Origin: a virus
Lineage: Duplodnaviria; Heunggongvirae; Uroviricota; Caudoviricetes
Reading direction: 5' to 3' (one strand)
Virus record (IMG/VR): IMGVR_UViG_2681813421_000002
Span: 1-64,000 of that record
Length of the DNA: 64,000 bases
Shown piece after piece: positions 10,500 through 20,186 of the stretch. A model generated the notes under the pieces. That model searched no databases. It was not told the origin of the DNA and saw only the letters and a list, made by a program, of their open reading frames with translations. Position 1 is the stretch's first letter. Each line of letters starts with the position of its first letter. The translations under genes and the position numbers were made by a program.

Positions 10500-10778
10500 T
10501 CAGGATTCGCTTACCGTGAAGTTATCGCCTACAGTTACTTCTTTCGTAGTTGGTTCAACACTGACGGTGCTTACGCTTTTATGTGCCTCCCTAACAGTGA
10601 CTGTGCACTGTGCGGTTTTATTGCCGTCATTTGTTTTGATTGTCAGCACTGCCTGCCCGGCCTTAAGAGCGGTACATGTAGTGCCATCAACCTGGACAAT
10701 ATCAGGGTGATCTGACTCAACAGTGAAAGATTTGTCTGTTGCGTCAGGTGGCGTGATAGTTACTTGAATGTTTGCCAT
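10500..10778 (-). CDS. Small Ig-like (Big_2-like) domain protein, possible decoration protein
   Basis: 92 aa, beta-rich Thr/Val pattern typical of bacterial Ig-like domains; lies between the two large structural genes. Confidence 0.45.
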   Translation of the reverse strand: MANIQVTITPPDATDKSFTVESDHPDIVQVDGTTCTALKAGQAVLTIKTNDGNKTAQCTVTVREAHKSVSTVSVEPTTKEVTVGDNFTVSES

Positions 10779-10925
10779 TTTTTTCTCCTTAACGCCCCTT
10801 AATCAGGGGCGTGTTTTTGCCTTACTTCTGCTTTGTTTTTTTCTGTGCCTTTGAAGTGTTCGCGGCGATAGTTTCACCTTCATCTACGTCAAGTGACGTT
10901 GGTGATACCGACACGTTCGCCACCA

Positions 10926-12623
10926 TCACTTTTTTTCGTTAACCTTGCCTGTCAGCATGTCGATAGCACCTTCTTTGGCACGAGTCAGACGCAGGCGGGT
11001 GAAGTAGTTTTCACCGTTGCGAGGATGTACTTCGTTGATGGCACTGCCCCAGAGAGTGGTACGGTTAACGAGAGACGGATTGGTTTCGTGAACGTAAGGG
11101 ATTGCTGGGACTGCATCACCAGCAATCAGACCGGCTTTACCGATGCCTTCGCCACGCCCATAGAAGAAGATGTCATCCAGCCCGAAGTCATATCCCTGTG
11201 CCAGGAATTGCTCACAGACAGGTTGCGGCACTTCGTAAATACGAATCGTGCCAAACAGGGTGCCGATGTACTGTACATACGGCGACTGAACGTAACCTGG
11301 TGCGATCTGGAAGTGCTGTGGAGGCAGAGAGCGCAGGAAGTTCGCGGCGTCACTACCAGCAAAGCCGCCACGAATACCCGTTGTCAGGGTACGATTTGCC
11401 ATTTCTTGAGACAGAGCGTTTACTGCGTGACGCAGGAGGCCGACCCAGGACTCATAGTTTTGAGCTTCCGGCAGAGCCACATCAAATTCACGACCATAAA
11501 CGGTATGGAATACCAGGGTGCGCAGACGCATGATGTCGGTTTCATGGGAGATCCAGTTACGCATCGCGGAGAACTGAAGTGCCGCTAATTCAAGGCCGTG
11601 CTCACGGCTTAAATCGGATGCGGACATTACCGTGTGTTCGGAAGCAAGTACGTACTGGGACGGACGAACTTCGTACTTACGCATAGCCTGGTTGATCACC
11701 GGAATCAGGCTTGGATTGCGCTCGATGTTAATTTCGACCTGAACAGCAATTTCAGTACCTACTGGCGGAGCCTGGGTAAATGTAATGTCAATGACACCAG
11801 TGTCATAGGCAACTTTGGCAGTCGCTGAGAAAGTATTACCTTTGCTGTCTTTAGCATTGAAATAAAGGTTGCCATCGCCGTCGTCAACTTTGGACGGTTT
11901 GCGGTTGATCAGCAGTTTGTTATAACCAGCGCGAAGCGGGCAGGATTGTCCCTCAAATTTTTGGATGTTGAACTGGAAGGTTTTGGTGCTGCCATCCCCT
12001 TTAGTGGAAAGGGCATACAGGCGCTTCATTTGAGAATAAACACCAGCTGACTGCATATTCAGTTCGTCACCTTGGTTGAAGGTGCCGAATTTTGTGCCTG
12101 CTACGTTGACCAGTTCATAAATATTTGACTCGTCACGATCACAAGGAACAAAAGTACAGGCATCACTGGTAGCAGCGCCCAGAGAAGCAGGCAGAATTAG
12201 AGCAGCATATTGAGCAACTTTCATTACGCCGTCAGAGCTACGCATTGATTGCGCGACAGACTCAAACATTGCCTTACCCGTGCCTTCATGGGTATCACTG
12301 GCACATTCAGTCATCAGGCGTTCAAGAGCCATGTGTGCGTTCGCCAGGATGTCACTTGCCGGGTAATGACCATGTTGACGTTTATACTCATGCAGAGACA
12401 TAGCCCACCCACCAGTGATCTGACGAGCGACCTCTGGATTTACGCCTTCAAACATAGGCACTTTCTGGATTGCTTTATCCAGGTTTTCCATCATTACTGC
12501 CTGGTCAGCAATCATGTTGCCTGCTGCATCGGTGGTCGGATCGACGGTCATAGCCATGACGCTTGCCGCCCGATTCATAATCTCGCGCTCGCGATCACGA
12601 GCTGGCTGAATGTTTTTATTCAC
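10926..12623 (-). CDS. Major virion structural protein, major capsid protein candidate (P1 gene 23-like position)
   Basis: 565-aa ORF heading the structural block, adjacent to sheath candidate; capsid versus tail not resolved from sequence alone. Confidence 0.4.
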   Translation of the reverse strand: MNKNIQPARDREREIMNRAASVMAMTVDPTTDAAGNMIADQAVMMENLDKAIQKVPMFEGVNPEVARQITGGWAMSLHEYKRQHGHYPASDILANAHMALERLMTECASDTHEGTGKAMFESVAQSMRSSDGVMKVAQYAALILPASLGAATSDACTFVPCDRDESNIYELVNVAGTKFGTFNQGDELNMQSAGVYSQMKRLYALSTKGDGSTKTFQFNIQKFEGQSCPLRAGYNKLLINRKPSKVDDGDGNLYFNAKDSKGNTFSATAKVAYDTGVIDITFTQAPPVGTEIAVQVEINIERNPSLIPVINQAMRKYEVRPSQYVLASEHTVMSASDLSREHGLELAALQFSAMRNWISHETDIMRLRTLVFHTVYGREFDVALPEAQNYESWVGLLRHAVNALSQEMANRTLTTGIRGGFAGSDAANFLRSLPPQHFQIAPGYVQSPYVQYIGTLFGTIRIYEVPQPVCEQFLAQGYDFGLDDIFFYGRGEGIGKAGLIAGDAVPAIPYVHETNPSLVNRTTLWGSAINEVHPRNGENYFTRLRLTRAKEGAIDMLTGKVNEKK

Positions 12624-12753
12624 GGTTAAGCCCTAAATTCGGGCGCGGCGTGAAGGTTCTTTTGACGGGCTAACAATACCTACTTTGTGATTTAGTCAAT
12701 AGGTTTAGTAAAATAAAATATATTAACACGCATGTTGTTATGTGATTTAATTT

Positions 12754-12770
12754 TAGTTTTCTAACACAAA
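12754..12770 (+). promoter_or_regulatory. Operator-like motif TAGTTTTCTAACACAAA upstream of 12782 gene
   Basis: Member of dispersed TCTAACA-core motif family (12 or more copies in window), all intergenic. Confidence 0.5.
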
Positions 12771-12781
12771 TCATTAGAGTT

Positions 12782-13174
12782 ATGGCGTATCGAATCTTTG
12801 TTTCGTATAAAAATGGCGCTAAGAGCCACTCTCTGAACACAACAAGTCGCTTTCTTGTTGAGGCGCAGTTGGCATCAATTCTTGCCGAAAGTGAGATACT
12901 CTCGCTCGCTGAACGGATCGTTATCCAGTTTTCTGGTAGAGATATACTCAATGTCCCCGCTCTCACCCCGGCCTCCGAAGTTATGGAATCAATTAAATGG
13001 CCTGTATGCGGATGTCCTGCCAGGGTTGAAGAACCGGTAACTGCAACGCTCTACATGCCGAAAGCTGTAAGAGATTGGCTTGCTATGGTTGGCAATGGGA
13101 AAGTCAGTGCTGGACTTCGCAAGTTAATTGAAATGGCAGATATTCCTGAGTTAAAAAATGCATGGCGACAATGA
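12782..13174 (+). CDS. Hypothetical protein, operator-controlled
   Basis: 130-aa ORF directly downstream of operator motif; no family recognised. Confidence 0.45.
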   Translation: MAYRIFVSYKNGAKSHSLNTTSRFLVEAQLASILAESEILSLAERIVIQFSGRDILNVPALTPASEVMESIKWPVCGCPARVEEPVTATLYMPKAVRDWLAMVGNGKVSAGLRKLIEMADIPELKNAWRQ

Positions 13175-13190
13175 GTAAACAAGGGACAAA

Positions 13191-13649
13191 ATGAGTCACG
13201 TTAACCCATCAAAAACACAATATCGCTTAATGCTGGCGATCGCGTCAGCTATACCAACCAGCCTGAATCCCCCGGCAGGCTATCCCACTGTTGTTGATGA
13301 TTGTTTTCAGTATTACGGAGAAGACATCCTGAGCCAGTCAAAAGCGCTCAAGCAGTTATGTAAGGCAGGTATTCTTCACTGTATCGGAGATCCGGACGAT
13401 TTTGTTGTTATGCTGGCGGATCGTGACTCTTTTCTACTGTCCTGGAAAGCTGGTGCGCGCGAAGCACGTTTGGGGAATGGTATTGGTTACATAGACTATA
13501 GCGATTGTCCGCTGGCATTTGCTGGTGGATATATGCATTGGCATGAGCGAAATAGGGGCCGTCAGCGTCAGTATCGTTTGAGTGACTTTAACGTCTGTCA
13601 CGGTTTCGAAGAAGCTGACAGCCAGGACATCTGGCTTCAGGAGCCTTGA
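13191..13649 (+). CDS. Hypothetical protein
   Basis: 152-aa ORF, 17 bp after previous gene. Confidence 0.45.
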   Translation: MSHVNPSKTQYRLMLAIASAIPTSLNPPAGYPTVVDDCFQYYGEDILSQSKALKQLCKAGILHCIGDPDDFVVMLADRDSFLLSWKAGAREARLGNGIGYIDYSDCPLAFAGGYMHWHERNRGRQRQYRLSDFNVCHGFEEADSQDIWLQEP

Positions 13650-13969
13650 TCCCCCTTCCCTTCCCAAATCTCCCTGTTTCTTTGGTTATTCAGTGCGTTT
13701 CGTTGGTTGCATTCGTCGATCGTGCTGAATAACTGTTCAGCGTATGTCGGATACTTGTTTAACAGCACTGGCGTGTCTTCTGGCACTAAACAAGGGGAGT
13801 AATCAATCAGATTTGCCTGCGGCCTGCTGGTGGCTTCTACGGTAATTTTCACTGGCACGCTGGTTGATGGCTTTTGCCCGTTCCCGCTGCATCCTGATAA
13901 CGTCATCAGGCACACGCACATCGTTAATCCCAGCACGGCGTAACGCATTTTCAAGGCGAGTGATTTCAT
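13637..13969 (-). CDS. Outer-membrane lipoprotein, o-spanin (Rz1-like) candidate
   Basis: Signal peptide with lipobox LSGC; overlaps 3' part of i-spanin gene in another frame; true start probably internal (about 13948). Confidence 0.45.
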   Translation of the reverse strand: MKSLALKMRYAVLGLTMCVCLMTLSGCSGNGQKPSTSVPVKITVEATSRPQANLIDYSPCLVPEDTPVLLNKYPTYAEQLFSTIDECNQRNALNNQRNREIWEGKGDQGS

Positions 13970-14276
13970 TCTGGCTTTCCTCCCGTTGTTTGATTAGGTT
14001 GGCATTCAGTTCTGCTGTTTTGCGCTGGTACTCCTTTTCCAGTGCTTTAATTCTTTCGTTTTCGGTCAGCATGGCTGAGCGAGCGTTCTCACTTAACTGT
14101 AATGCGGTAGAAAGCGTGTTGTTCGTGCTTTCCAGTTGTGATTTTGAGTCTTCAAGCGATCGGACATACCTGATGTGTTCGATAACTGCCGTCGTTGTTC
14201 GGTAAATTCCAGAAATGGCTAAAAGCGCAATTACAATCAAAATTATCTTTTTCAAAACCATCCTCTTCAGGTTCAT
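13803..14276 (-). CDS. i-spanin (Rz-like) lysis protein candidate
   Basis: N-terminal transmembrane helix followed by long coiled-coil; overlapping lipoprotein partner. Confidence 0.55.
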   Translation of the reverse strand: MNLKRMVLKKIILIVIALLAISGIYRTTTAVIEHIRYVRSLEDSKSQLESTNNTLSTALQLSENARSAMLTENERIKALEKEYQRKTAELNANLIKQREESQNEITRLENALRRAGINDVRVPDDVIRMQRERAKAINQRASENYRRSHQQAAGKSD

Positions 14277-14331
14277 TTTTGGTGTTAAACATGTGCCAAT
14301 TCACATCCTTTTGTGTTCCTAAGTGGTGTTG

Positions 14332-15135
14332 CTATGGTTCCTTTTTGGTGTTCTTTTGGAGCGCATCGATAACGCCTTGTGGCATGATTAAACTGATTGC
14401 CGGACTCATTACTGCATCATCCAGTAGAGAACTAGTTAACGTGATGGCGACAGCGTTCTCTAAACCTTTGGTTGCCTGAGTGGTTGACGTTTTAATGCGA
14501 CCTGTAAGGGCTACGACACTCTCACTTGCTGAGTTAATTTCGGAGAGTAAAACTTCGGCGGCTGTCACTGCTTCCCGTAAAGCATCAATTTCATCCTGAG
14601 TAATGACTGGAGCCTGAGCGCCCCCAGCACCACCCTGTCCACCATTGCTATTACCACCAGCGCTTCCAGCAGCTTCTATTTTTGCGTTAATGGCGTTCAT
14701 GGCGGTTTTCAGAGCATCAAGTTTTAGCGCCGTCAATGCGTCCGTTAGAGATTGCGGAATGGAAACATTCCCCATTCCCTCAACAAGGGCGAAAGCAGGT
14801 ATGGGGGTCAGCTCGTTACCTTTTGCGTAGCATTCCCAGCCAATCTTCATCTGTAACAGCTCTGATGGCTTGGTGTATGGGGAAAGAGAATCAGCCAGTA
14901 ATGAAGACGCTTTGCTGGCCTCATTGAGCTGTTCAGAAAAGCCAAGCAATTGAGTAGTCCAGGCCGAAACAGAATCAGGATAGGTTTTATCGGCGAGAAC
15001 TATTCCCTGTATGGCGCTGGCGAGTGATGAGGCTTTTACAGACGCTGCCCGGCTTATGGTTATAGATTCTGGTGTAGAGATACCGGCATCTGACAGAATT
15101 TTGAAGGCTTTAACTTCACCTATTGAATCAAGCAT
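14332..15135 (-). CDS. Baseplate/tail fibre-associated protein, unassigned
   Basis: Likely start is ATG at 15135-15133 overlapping PAAR stop (TAATG); Gly/Ala/Ser-rich. Confidence 0.45.
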   Translation of the reverse strand: MLDSIGEVKAFKILSDAGISTPESITISRAASVKASSLASAIQGIVLADKTYPDSVSAWTTQLLGFSEQLNEASKASSLLADSLSPYTKPSELLQMKIGWECYAKGNELTPIPAFALVEGMGNVSIPQSLTDALTALKLDALKTAMNAINAKIEAAGSAGGNSNGGQGGAGGAQAPVITQDEIDALREAVTAAEVLLSEINSASESVVALTGRIKTSTTQATKGLENAVAITLTSSLLDDAVMSPAISLIMPQGVIDALQKNTKKEP

Positions 15136-15419
15136 TATGCAACCTGAAAAATATCCTCGCCGTTGGCGATAACAGAACCACAAGAAAGCGGATCGCCTAC
15201 ACAGACAACTCCCTTTCCACCTATCGAAAACCATACTCGCGTCGATACAGCTGCCCCTGGATGTGCACTGTTACCGTCAGTGTGACTGGGAAACATGGCA
15301 CCATCTACAACAATTGGCTTACCGTTAACGGTGAACCAGGGAACAGTTTCAGCTACCAGTCGCGGCGGAAATCCTCCGTGACCAGAACAAAGGGTGTCGC
15401 TGGTGGCTATTGCGCTCAT
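15135..15419 (-). CDS. PAAR-repeat protein (tail spike tip)
   Basis: 94 aa with PAAR-like pattern CSGHGG...VNGKP...GD...CG... Confidence 0.6.
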   Translation of the reverse strand: MSAIATSDTLCSGHGGFPPRLVAETVPWFTVNGKPIVVDGAMFPSHTDGNSAHPGAAVSTRVWFSIGGKGVVCVGDPLSCGSVIANGEDIFQVA

Positions 15420-15489
15420 TCTTCACCTCCGGGTTATCCTCCTATTGTCATCACTTTGTTATTTCATCATTCAAACTGAGAGTTAAATT

Positions 15490-15670
15490 TCGGAATATTT
15501 CTGTATTCTCACTTCATTCTCAAATAAATCTCACTGTCAGACCATAATTCATTGGGTGATTAAGATATTCTCAAAATGAACTCAATAATCACTCTTTTTT
15601 TATCTCTTTTGGTGTGGATTTTTGGGTGCTTCTCTTTTAAAATTGCATTTTGATTCTCAAATGTGTCTCA
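15490..15670 (+). repeat. parC: parC-like centromere: 5 or more TTCTCA repeats upstream of parM
   Basis: TTCTCA/TTCTCT copies at about 15498, 15517, 15568, 15629, 15655 in AT-rich leader. Confidence 0.55.
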
Positions 15671-15686
15671 GAAGTGGAGCAAGAAG

Positions 15687-16643
15687 ATGCGCATTTTTAT
15701 CGATGATGGTTCAACCAATATCAAAATGCTGTGGGAGCACGACGGGGAAACTCGCACTCACATCAGCCCTAACAGCTTTAAGCGCGGATGGTCAGCAACA
15801 TTTGGTGCGGGCAAGCCGTTTAACTATGTCATTGACGACGAAAAGTATTCGTATGATTTGATCTCGCCAGATGTTCTGCCGACGAATAACGTGGAATGGC
15901 AATACAGCCCGCTTAACGTCCTGGCTGTTCACCATGCCCTGCTGACAAGTGGCATTGAGCCGCAGGAAGTAGAAATTGTGGTCACGCTGCCTCTGGCGGA
16001 GTTTTACGACGACGACGCGCAATACAATCTCGATAACATCGAGCGCAAGAAAGCCAGTCTTATGCGCCCCGTCACGCTGAATAAAGGCAATGTGTTCACG
16101 ATTAAGAAAGTTACGGTACGACCGGAGTCTATTCCGGCAGGAATTGGCCTGTGCGACAATCTGAACCCTGCCCATTCTGTTCTTATCGTCGATTTGGGTG
16201 GAACTACCCTTGATGTTTCAATGGTCGCCGGGCAAATGACGGCAGTTTCCCGTGTTTTTGGCGATTCGAATCTTGGTGTATCACTGGTCACCAGGGAAGT
16301 AAGGCAAGCACTTGCAAGGGCCAATACCGAAACGTCAAATTACAATGTCGATCAGCTCATTATTAACCGCCACGATGAAGATTATCTGAACGACAATATC
16401 AATGACCCATCAGCGATTGGTGATGTGAAAAAGGCCATTGCCGCAAGCATTGACCGTCTGCGTACCCGCGTTCTTGATGTGATTGGCGACTTTAAAGGAT
16501 ATACGCATGTCATGGTGATCGGTGGTGGCGCACCGCTGGTGGCAGATGCAATTCGCGAGCAAGTTAATATTCGTGATGACCGTTTCTTCGTGGCGGATGA
16601 CCCGCAACTTGCTCTTGTTCATGGCCTGAAAGCAATCGGTTAA
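15687..16643 (+). CDS. parM: Actin-like plasmid segregation ATPase ParM/StbA
   Basis: Aligns by eye along its length to R1 ParM (RIFIDDGSTNIK, ISPNSFK, NVLAVHHALLTSG, PESIPAG, DLGGTTLD, GDSNLGVSLVT, YTHVMVIGGGA); track start 15663 is non-ATG, ATG at 15687 preferred. Confidence 0.9.
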   Translation: MRIFIDDGSTNIKMLWEHDGETRTHISPNSFKRGWSATFGAGKPFNYVIDDEKYSYDLISPDVLPTNNVEWQYSPLNVLAVHHALLTSGIEPQEVEIVVTLPLAEFYDDDAQYNLDNIERKKASLMRPVTLNKGNVFTIKKVTVRPESIPAGIGLCDNLNPAHSVLIVDLGGTTLDVSMVAGQMTAVSRVFGDSNLGVSLVTREVRQALARANTETSNYNVDQLIINRHDEDYLNDNINDPSAIGDVKKAIAASIDRLRTRVLDVIGDFKGYTHVMVIGGGAPLVADAIREQVNIRDDRFFVADDPQLALVHGLKAIG

Positions 16644-16650
16644 CGAGGTA

Positions 16651-16995
16651 ATGTCCATGTCTCAGGAACGTAAGAAAGTGATGATTTATCTTCGCCCAGA
16701 GGCTTATGCCAATGAAAAGGCGGCGAGCGAGAAGATAAAAAAACATAGCGATATGGCAAGAACCGCATTGTTGGCAGGGCTTGCGCTGGGAGAAGTCGAT
16801 AGCAGGCTTCCAGGATTACTGGCTTCCCTGCTGACCGAAGATAATAATCCGGAGCTGATCCGAAAAATGCTGGCATCCTTCCTGGAACTACCAGCTGCGG
16901 TTGAGGAGCGCCCTGCCTCCATTGAGCCAGTGAAGGAGCAAGTTGTTGCCAAAAGCGCGTCGGCGCGCAATCTGGCTGACTCTCTACCTGATTGA
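16651..16995 (+). CDS. parR: ParR/StbB-like centromere-binding adaptor
   Basis: Small protein immediately downstream of parM; start 16651 or 16657. Confidence 0.6.
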   Translation: MSMSQERKKVMIYLRPEAYANEKAASEKIKKHSDMARTALLAGLALGEVDSRLPGLLASLLTEDNNPELIRKMLASFLELPAAVEERPASIEPVKEQVVAKSASARNLADSLPD

Positions 16996-17013
16996 CAGAA
17001 GATGTGCTGGTTT

Positions 17014-17038
17014 AAGGCTGCAAATTGCAGCCTTTTTT
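17014..17038 (+). terminator. Rho-independent terminator after parR
   Basis: AAGGCTGCA-aatt-TGCAGCCTT hairpin followed by TTTTTT. Confidence 0.7.
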
Positions 17039-17282
17039 ATGCCTTAATGGTGCCTAATTGGTGTTAATCTGGCACCGGTTAGGTGCTGTTATGGTGCAGT
17101 TTTGTATCTGGTTCCAATTTAGGGCTGATTTCGTGTTAAACAGGATGCAACAGAGGGCAAATTTAGAATGATTAGTGTTATACTTTTGCAAAGCATAATG
17201 ACTCCACTATAGAGCCAAAACCGCATCAATAAGACTTCTGTTTGGAGCCAGTTTGATACCAAAATAACACCGAGGAACGGAT

Positions 17283-17924
17283 ATGATTATATTGGTAGTC
17301 AGCCAAAAAGGTGGCTGTGGAAAATCAACCACAAGCGTAAACATCTGTGCGGAGCTTGCCCGCGCAAATAAGGATGTAGTGTTACTAGATGCAGACAAGC
17401 AAGGAACAGCTGCCCGCTGGGCAGCTGACCGTAACACGGCAGAGGTTTCTCCTGTAATTCATTGTGTCCAGAAGTTTGGTAATATTCGAGAAACACTTCT
17501 CGATCTGGATAAGCGTTATGAATTTGTAGTTGTTGATACAGCCGGGCGCGATAGCAAAGAGATGCGTACAGGCATAACCGCTGCAGATATTGTGTTGGTC
17601 CCATTCAGACCATCTCAACCAGATTTAGACACGCTGGCACACTTTGTTGAAGTGTTTGAAGAGGCTTTGGACCTGATGCCTAATCCTAGCATTAAGGCGT
17701 TCGCAGTCTTAACAATGGCCCCATCCAATCCGGTTGTGAATGAAACCAATGAGGCCAAAGAGTACCTGGCTGAATATCCGCAACTGAAGTTGCTGAAAAC
17801 CATCATTCGTGATCGTAAGGTTTACCGCGATTGCATGGCTGAAGGGAAGGGCGTTGTTGAGATGGACAACGGGAAAGCTAAAGGTGAAATCCAGATGTTG
17901 GTTAAGGAGTTATTAAGTGATTAA
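17283..17924 (+). CDS. parA: Small ParA/ParF-type partition ATPase
   Basis: Deviant Walker A KGGCGKST, 213 aa; ParA/MinD-like. Confidence 0.85.
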   Translation: MIILVVSQKGGCGKSTTSVNICAELARANKDVVLLDADKQGTAARWAADRNTAEVSPVIHCVQKFGNIRETLLDLDKRYEFVVVDTAGRDSKEMRTGITAADIVLVPFRPSQPDLDTLAHFVEVFEEALDLMPNPSIKAFAVLTMAPSNPVVNETNEAKEYLAEYPQLKLLKTIIRDRKVYRDCMAEGKGVVEMDNGKAKGEIQMLVKELLSD

Positions 17925-18204
17925 ACCTCGTAAATCGGTAAAAGCCCCCGAAGTAAAAGACCCCGATCTTGAACGCCGAATTGAGGATTTTGCAAGTAAG
18001 GCTGATTTGGTGCCGGGTGAGCAACCAGAAGACAACAAAGTGCTCGATAAGGACGCCCCACGTGATTTTAAATCTATTCGTGTTGGTTTCAATGAATACG
18101 AGTACCAGGTACTTGATGCGTTAAGTAAAAAGCATAATCGCAGCAAATTGAATATGATCCGCCATGCTATCCTCATGTTAGCGGAGTCTGAGGAAGCAAA
18201 ATAA
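17917..18204 (+). CDS. ParG-like small partition protein (RHH candidate)
   Basis: GTG start at 17917 with AAGGAG RBS, overlaps parA stop; 95 aa with basic/acidic N-terminus and C-terminal helical segment; palindrome GCACCAAT...ATTGGTGC at 18212-18262. Confidence 0.5.
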   Translation: MIKPRKSVKAPEVKDPDLERRIEDFASKADLVPGEQPEDNKVLDKDAPRDFKSIRVGFNEYEYQVLDALSKKHNRSKLNMIRHAILMLAESEEAK

Positions 18205-18472
18205 AGTCTTTCAGGGTGGTTTTAGAACTTAAAAAATCTTGAACCAAAGATGCACCAATACACCACTAATTTGGTGCACCTTTACATCCTTTTTGGTCCC
18301 AATTGTGTACCATTTGTCATTAATTTACTTATGCGCAAAAGTGGGCTTCATGAAAAAGCTCATTATTGAAATAACGATAGAAAGCAATTTCTAATCAACT
18401 AGTGGTTGTCAGCCTATTCGGCTTATAAGATCATACGCTGTTATACGTTTTTTACGCTTTGAGGAATCCACA

Positions 18473-20134
18473 ATGAGTGAGGCAGAAGCCCGCCCGACTA
18501 ACTTTATTCGTCAGATCATCGATGAAGATCTGGCAAGTGGTAAGCACACCACAGTACATACCCGTTTCCCGCCGGAACCGAATGGCTATCTGCATATTGG
18601 TCATGCGAAATCTATCTGCCTGAACTTCGGGATCGCCCAGGACTATAAAGGCCAGTGCAACCTGCGTTTCGACGACACTAACCCGGTAAAAGAAGATATC
18701 GAGTACGTCGAGTCGATTAAAAACGACGTTGAATGGTTAGGTTTTCACTGGTCTGGTAACGTCCGTTACTCCTCCGATTATTTTGATCAGCTCCACGCCT
18801 ATGCTGTTGAACTGATCAACAAAGGCCTGGCGTATGTTGACGAACTGACGCCGGAACAGATCCGCGAATACCGCGGCACCCTGACGCAGCCGGGTAAAAA
18901 CAGCCCGTACCGCGATCGCAGCGTTGAAGAGAACCTGGCGCTGTTCGAAAAAATGCGTGCCGGTGGTTTTGAAGAAGGTAAAGCCTGCCTGCGTGCGAAA
19001 ATCGACATGGCGTCGCCGTTTATCGTGATGCGCGATCCGGTGCTGTACCGCATTAAGTTTGCTGAACACCACCAGACTGGCAACAAGTGGTGCATCTACC
19101 CGATGTACGACTTCACCCACTGCATCAGCGATGCGCTGGAAGGTATTACGCACTCTCTGTGTACGCTTGAGTTCCAGGACAACCGTCGCCTGTACGACTG
19201 GGTGCTGGACAACATCACCATTCCTGTTCACCCGCGCCAGTACGAATTCTCGCGCCTGAATCTGGAATACACTGTGATGTCCAAGCGTAAGCTGAACCTG
19301 CTGGTGACCGACAAGCACGTTGAAGGCTGGGATGACCCGCGTATGCCGACCATTTCCGGTCTGCGTCGTCGTGGTTACACTGCGGCTTCTATTCGTGAGT
19401 TCTGCAAACGCATCGGCGTGACCAAGCAGGACAACACCATTGAGATGGCGTCGCTGGAATCCTGCATCCGTGAAGATCTCAACGAAAATGCGCCGCGCGC
19501 AATGGCGGTTATCGATCCGGTGAAACTGGTCATCGAAAACTATCAGGGCGAAGGCGAAATGGTCACCATGCCGAACCATCCAAACAAACCGGAAATGGGT
19601 AGCCGTCAGGTGCCGTTTAGCGGTGAGATTTGGATCGACCGCGCCGATTTCCGAGAAGAAGCTAACAAGCAGTACAAACGTCTGGTGCTGGGTAAAGAAG
19701 TGCGTCTGCGTAATGCTTACGTCATTAAGGCTGAACGCGTGGAGAAAGATGCCGAAGGTAATATCACCACCATCTTCTGTACTTATGACGCCGACACCTT
19801 AAGCAAAGATCCGGCAGATGGTCGTAAAGTGAAAGGCGTTATTCACTGGGTGAGCGCGGCACATGCGCTGCCGGTTGAAATCCGCCTGTACGATCGTCTG
19901 TTCAACGTGCCGAACCCAGGTGCTGCGGATGATTTCCTGTCGGTGATTAACCCGGAATCGCTGGTGATCAAACAAGGCTTTGCTGAACCGTCGCTGAAAG
20001 AAGCGGTAGCGGGTAAAGCATTCCAGTTTGAGCGTGAAGGTTATTTCTGCCTCGACAGCCGCCATTCTACGGCGGAAAAACCGGTATTTAACCGCACCGT
20101 TGGACTGCGTGATACCTGGGCGAAGTTAGGTTAA
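18473..20134 (+). CDS. glnS: Glutaminyl-tRNA synthetase
   Basis: 553-aa product colinear and near-identical to E. coli GlnS as recalled (HIGH motif [19 protein letters not shown]-type VMSKR); upstream 18360-18472 matches recalled native glnS promoter/leader. Confidence 0.95.
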   Translation: MSEAEARPTNFIRQIIDEDLASGKHTTVHTRFPPEPNGYLHIGHAKSICLNFGIAQDYKGQCNLRFDDTNPVKEDIEYVESIKNDVEWLGFHWSGNVRYSSDYFDQLHAYAVELINKGLAYVDELTPEQIREYRGTLTQPGKNSPYRDRSVEENLALFEKMRAGGFEEGKACLRAKIDMASPFIVMRDPVLYRIKFAEHHQTGNKWCIYPMYDFTHCISDALEGITHSLCTLEFQDNRRLYDWVLDNITIPVHPRQYEFSRLNLEYTVMSKRKLNLLVTDKHVEGWDDPRMPTISGLRRRGYTAASIREFCKRIGVTKQDNTIEMASLESCIREDLNENAPRAMAVIDPVKLVIENYQGEGEMVTMPNHPNKPEMGSRQVPFSGEIWIDRADFREEANKQYKRLVLGKEVRLRNAYVIKAERVEKDAEGNITTIFCTYDADTLSKDPADGRKVKGVIHWVSAAHALPVEIRLYDRLFNVPNPGAADDFLSVINPESLVIKQGFAEPSLKEAVAGKAFQFEREGYFCLDSRHSTAEKPVFNRTVGLRDTWAKLG

Positions 20135-20160
20135 TAGGTATTTCGCCACATGAAAAAGTA

Positions 20161-20186
20161 AACGCCGCTACTGCGGCGTTTTTTAC
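20161..20186 (+). terminator. Rho-independent terminator of glnS
   Basis: AACGCCGC-tact-GCGGCGTT hairpin plus TTTTTT; dmt stop abuts on opposite strand. Confidence 0.75.

Noticed and set aside
11102-11533. Plus and minus internal ORFs inside the 565-aa structural gene
   Set aside because: Shadow frames of a long well-supported ORF.
18737-19579. 280-aa antisense ORF within glnS
   Set aside because: Lies entirely antisense to a highly conserved housekeeping gene; product is Arg/His-rich shadow-frame sequence.
18205-20186. glnS as evidence that the window is a chromosomal flank of an integrated prophage
   Set aside because: The gene is bounded on both sides by plasmid or phage genes (parA/parG upstream, dmt downstream), not by host neighbours, so it is cargo inside the element.
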